From the NCBI RefSeq assembly GCF_016127575.1, contig NZ_CP066019.1, forward strand, positions 1,110,001 through 1,142,000: a stretch of 32,000 nt of DNA, in the 5' to 3' direction. Positions 29,814 to 32,000 of this stretch are shown here, piece after piece. Under the pieces are notes generated by a model, which made no database searches, had not been told where the DNA came from, and saw nothing but the letters and a program-made list of their open reading frames with translations. The translations under genes and the position numbers were made by a program. Source of the stretch: Cupriavidus necator. GTDB taxonomy: Bacteria; Pseudomonadota; Gammaproteobacteria; Burkholderiales; Burkholderiaceae. Numbering within the stretch: position 1 is the first letter of the stretch; every line of letters starts with the position of its first letter.

Positions 29814-30107
29814 ATAACGGGATGCCTCACGCTGGGTCAGTTCCTTGTCACCGGAATCGAGGTGGTCGCGGTCTGGGCGCTGTTCGACCGCTTCGGCGAC
29901 GTGCAGGGCTGGCGCATCGGCGAAGTGGCGCTGTTCTACGGGCTGGTGAACTGCATGTTCGCCATCGCCGATGCCATCGGGCGCGGTTTCGACGTGCTGG
30001 GCAGACCTTTTTGCGTACCGGCGAATTCGACGGGTTTCGTTTTTCTCCTGGCGGCCATCGGCGCATGGCGTACCGGGCTGCGCCACTACACGTCGACTGG
30101 CAGCTAG
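29814..30107 (+). pseudogene. ABC-2 family permease remnant (5'-truncated, frameshifted, internally deleted)
   Basis: LTLGQFLVTGIEVVAVWALFDRFGDVQGWRIGEVALFYGLVNCMFAIADAIGRGFDVLG. The expected continuation LRTGEFDGF is in the +1 frame. The original frame then resumes at the family C-terminus AWRTGLRHYTSTGS-stop. Confidence 0.6.
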
Positions 30108-30389
30108 CTGGTCACGGTCTGGGCCGATATTGAGCGTCAGCCTTCGCGGTGGCGCAGATTGACGACCGCGAGAGGGACTCCGCTGACATCTGACGGCCGG
30201 CGAACACCATGTCTGTGTGGCCGCCTTCGACCATGCACGTATTTGTCTGGAAGCGAACAGAGCATGTCTCACGAGGGCTAGTACCGTTGGGATCGGCGGG
30301 TGGGCTGCATGGCAAGCCCTGTCGCCGATGACGCGACGAGGCAAGGCTCAGGGCAGTTGCCTGCGTCATAAGGCGGGGCGGCGTGTGCC

Positions 30390-31160
30390 GTGGGCGCTAC
30401 CGCTTCTGCGCAGCCATGGCGCGCTGGGGATGCCGTGTCAAATTTCTATGATCTTTCGGGGAAGGCAGCGCTGGTGACCGGCGGTGCAAAGGGGCTCGGC
30501 CGGGCGATCGTTGCGCAACTGATCGACAGTGGTGCGCGTGTGCATGCTTGGGATATCGTGCCGTTCCAGATGGAAGGTGCCAGCACTGAGGTCGTCGATG
30601 TCTCCGATGCCGGGCAGGTGGGGCTGGCGCTGGCGCGACTGGTCGATGCGGGATATCGCTTCGACATCCTGGTCAACGCTGCCGGCTACCTTGGCCCGAT
30701 GCAGCCATTCGAGAATCACGAGGCTTCACAATGGCATCGCATCATCGCCGTGAATCTCCTGGGGACCATGTACGTCGTGCAGGCGATGTTGCCGCACATG
30801 TTGCGCTGGGGAGGCGGCCGTATCATCAATATGGGCTCGCTGGCCGGCAAGGAGGGGCTGGCCGGGCTGGCTGCATACTCCGCGGCCAGCGGCGGCGTGG
30901 TCGTTCTAACCAAAGCAATCGGCCGCGAACTGGTGAAGCGCAACATCTACGTTAATTGCGTGGCGCCCGGGCCCATGGATACCGACATGATTCACGGGCT
31001 CGGCAGCCACGAGGTGGCGGCCATGGTTGCTGATAGCCCGGCCGGGCGCCTGGGCGATCCGGCCGAGGCTGCGCACCTGGTAGCGTGGCTATGTTCGGAC
31101 GCCAGCCGCTTTAATGCAGGCGCTGTCTTTGACATGTCCGGTGGGCGGGCGCGATTTTAA
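30390..31160 (+). CDS. Short-chain dehydrogenase/reductase (FabG-like) with a degenerate active site
   Basis: KAALVTGGAKGLGRAI cofactor motif, NAAG, NMGS. The active-site segment reads AAYSAASGG where YxxxK is expected. The start is uncertain (GTG 30390 or GTG 30435). Confidence 0.85.
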   Translation: MGATASAQPWRAGDAVSNFYDLSGKAALVTGGAKGLGRAIVAQLIDSGARVHAWDIVPFQMEGASTEVVDVSDAGQVGLALARLVDAGYRFDILVNAAGYLGPMQPFENHEASQWHRIIAVNLLGTMYVVQAMLPHMLRWGGGRIINMGSLAGKEGLAGLAAYSAASGGVVVLTKAIGRELVKRNIYVNCVAPGPMDTDMIHGLGSHEVAAMVADSPAGRLGDPAEAAHLVAWLCSDASRFNAGAVFDMSGGRARF

Positions 31161-31376
31161 GGAAGTGCGGATCTTCGGTTGGCATGCCGTGAGATCGATT
31201 CGATAATCCGCTCCGACCCGGGCGTCTACGGCTTGATCTTCCGCGAATCGCAGCACGCGACACAGACGGCATTCGAGCCAAGCTTCGTGGCGCGAACGGC
31301 TGCCGTCTTACCCGGCTATGGGCATTCGGCGGGCGGCCTGACATAGTAGTTCCCCCGCAAAAACCGGGACCGCTGA

Positions 31377-31658
31377 TTGGCGGTTCGCCAATCTCCATGG
31401 TTGGCATTGCGCTGCGCCGGGCTGATAATCACGACAGTGGTCTTGGGAGGATGCATAACGACGAGGGCTGAGGAGGGGGACAGCCAGGTCCTGGCTGGAT
31501 GCGGCGTTTGCTGGCGCGTACCAGCGCGCCTGGGCCGCCCTTCAGGATCCCTCGCCATTGCTACCTGCCGCATCGCAACGACATATTGCCCGGACTCCGC
31601 TGCTGCGCCTGACTGGCACCCGCCGGCGGTCTTCCTGTCCCAGTTTTCCAGGAGCTAG
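31377..31658 (+). CDS. Possible small Cys-rich lipoprotein (weak call)
   Basis: TTG-initiated 93-codon ORF. WLALRCAGLIITTVVLGGC resembles a lipoprotein signal with an LGGC lipobox. The stop is 2 nt before the DAHP synthase ATG. No clear RBS. Confidence 0.2.
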   Translation: MAVRQSPWLALRCAGLIITTVVLGGCITTRAEEGDSQVLAGCGVCWRVPARLGRPSGSLAIATCRIATTYCPDSAAAPDWHPPAVFLSQFSRS

Positions 31659-31660
31659 CC

Positions 31661-32000
31661 ATGAATGATCCACAGAAATCCCCGTTGACCATTGCCGAGG
31701 GTTGGCAGGCGCCACCGGACCGCACCGGCGTGACTGACGACGCCCGCGTCGAAGACATCATTCCGCTGCCTCCGCCTGAACACCTGATCCGTTTCTTCCC
31801 GATCCGGGGCACGCCGGTCGAATCCCTGGTCACCCAGACGCGCCAGCGAATCTCGCGCATTCTGCACGGCAAGGATGACCGGCTGCTTGTGATCATGGGA
31901 CCTTGCTCGATCCACGACCCGCAGGCGGCACTCGAGTACGCACGGCGGTTGATGGAGCAGCGGCAGCGCTACGCCGGGTCGCTGGAGATCGTGATGCGTG
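31661..32000 (+). CDS. Class I 3-deoxy-7-phosphoheptulonate (DAHP) synthase, 5' partial (runs off the window)
   Basis: Absent from the track because it is open-ended. ATG 31661 with CCAGGAG upstream. MNDPQKSPL...IIPLPPPEHLIRFFP...ILHGKDDRLLVIMGPCSIHDPQAALEYARRL...LEIVMR matches AroG/F/H N-termini. Confidence 0.9.
   Translation, partial: MNDPQKSPLTIAEGWQAPPDRTGVTDDARVEDIIPLPPPEHLIRFFPIRGTPVESLVTQTRQRISRILHGKDDRLLVIMGPCSIHDPQAALEYARRLMEQRQRYAGSLEIVMR

Overview
High-GC window (sampled lines about 70% GC). The proteins look Burkholderiaceae (Cupriavidus/Ralstonia-like), but that is inference only. It reads as five blocks.

(1) 1-9417, PQQ/quinoprotein block: a c551-type cytochrome c and a complete minus-strand pqqABCDE operon. 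The 24-codon pqqA is missing from the ORF track. A proline-iminopeptidase plus Tat-exported MBL-fold hydrolase pair diverges from pqqA. An AcoR-like sigma-54 activator sits next to a good -24/-12 promoter that drives a PedF-type cytochrome c550 and a MoxJ-like binding protein. No PQQ-dependent dehydrogenase is in the window.

(2) 9436-17145: a hipBA toxin-antitoxin pair lies back-to-back with a LexA-box-controlled imuA-imuB-dnaE2 SOS mutagenesis cassette. They share a 316-bp AT-rich, palindrome-rich control region.

(3) 17431-23443, secreted phosphate-scavenging-type genes: a signal-peptide SurE-family phosphatase, lipoproteins and a Tat-exported phospholipase C with a Pho-box-like site. A FlxA-like coiled-coil protein and an RpiR regulator are also here.

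(4) About 24000-30380, a compositionally foreign, decaying island (sampled lines 40-53% GC): an IS91-family transposase pseudogene, an orphan 112-aa protein, about 1 kb with no convincing coding signal, an alpha/beta hydrolase, a TauE/SafE permease, a secreted cupin, a truncated quinone-oxidoreductase gene and an internally deleted ABC-2 permease gene.

(5) 30390-32000: an SDR lacking the catalytic Lys, and the 5' part of a class I DAHP synthase that runs off the window and is also absent from the track.

I found no rRNA, tRNA or CRISPR array. I cannot demonstrate a new system from sequence alone. The best candidates for follow-up are the hipBA/imuAB-dnaE2 junction, the pip-MBL pair beside pqqA, and the orphan gene plus silent kilobase in the island.
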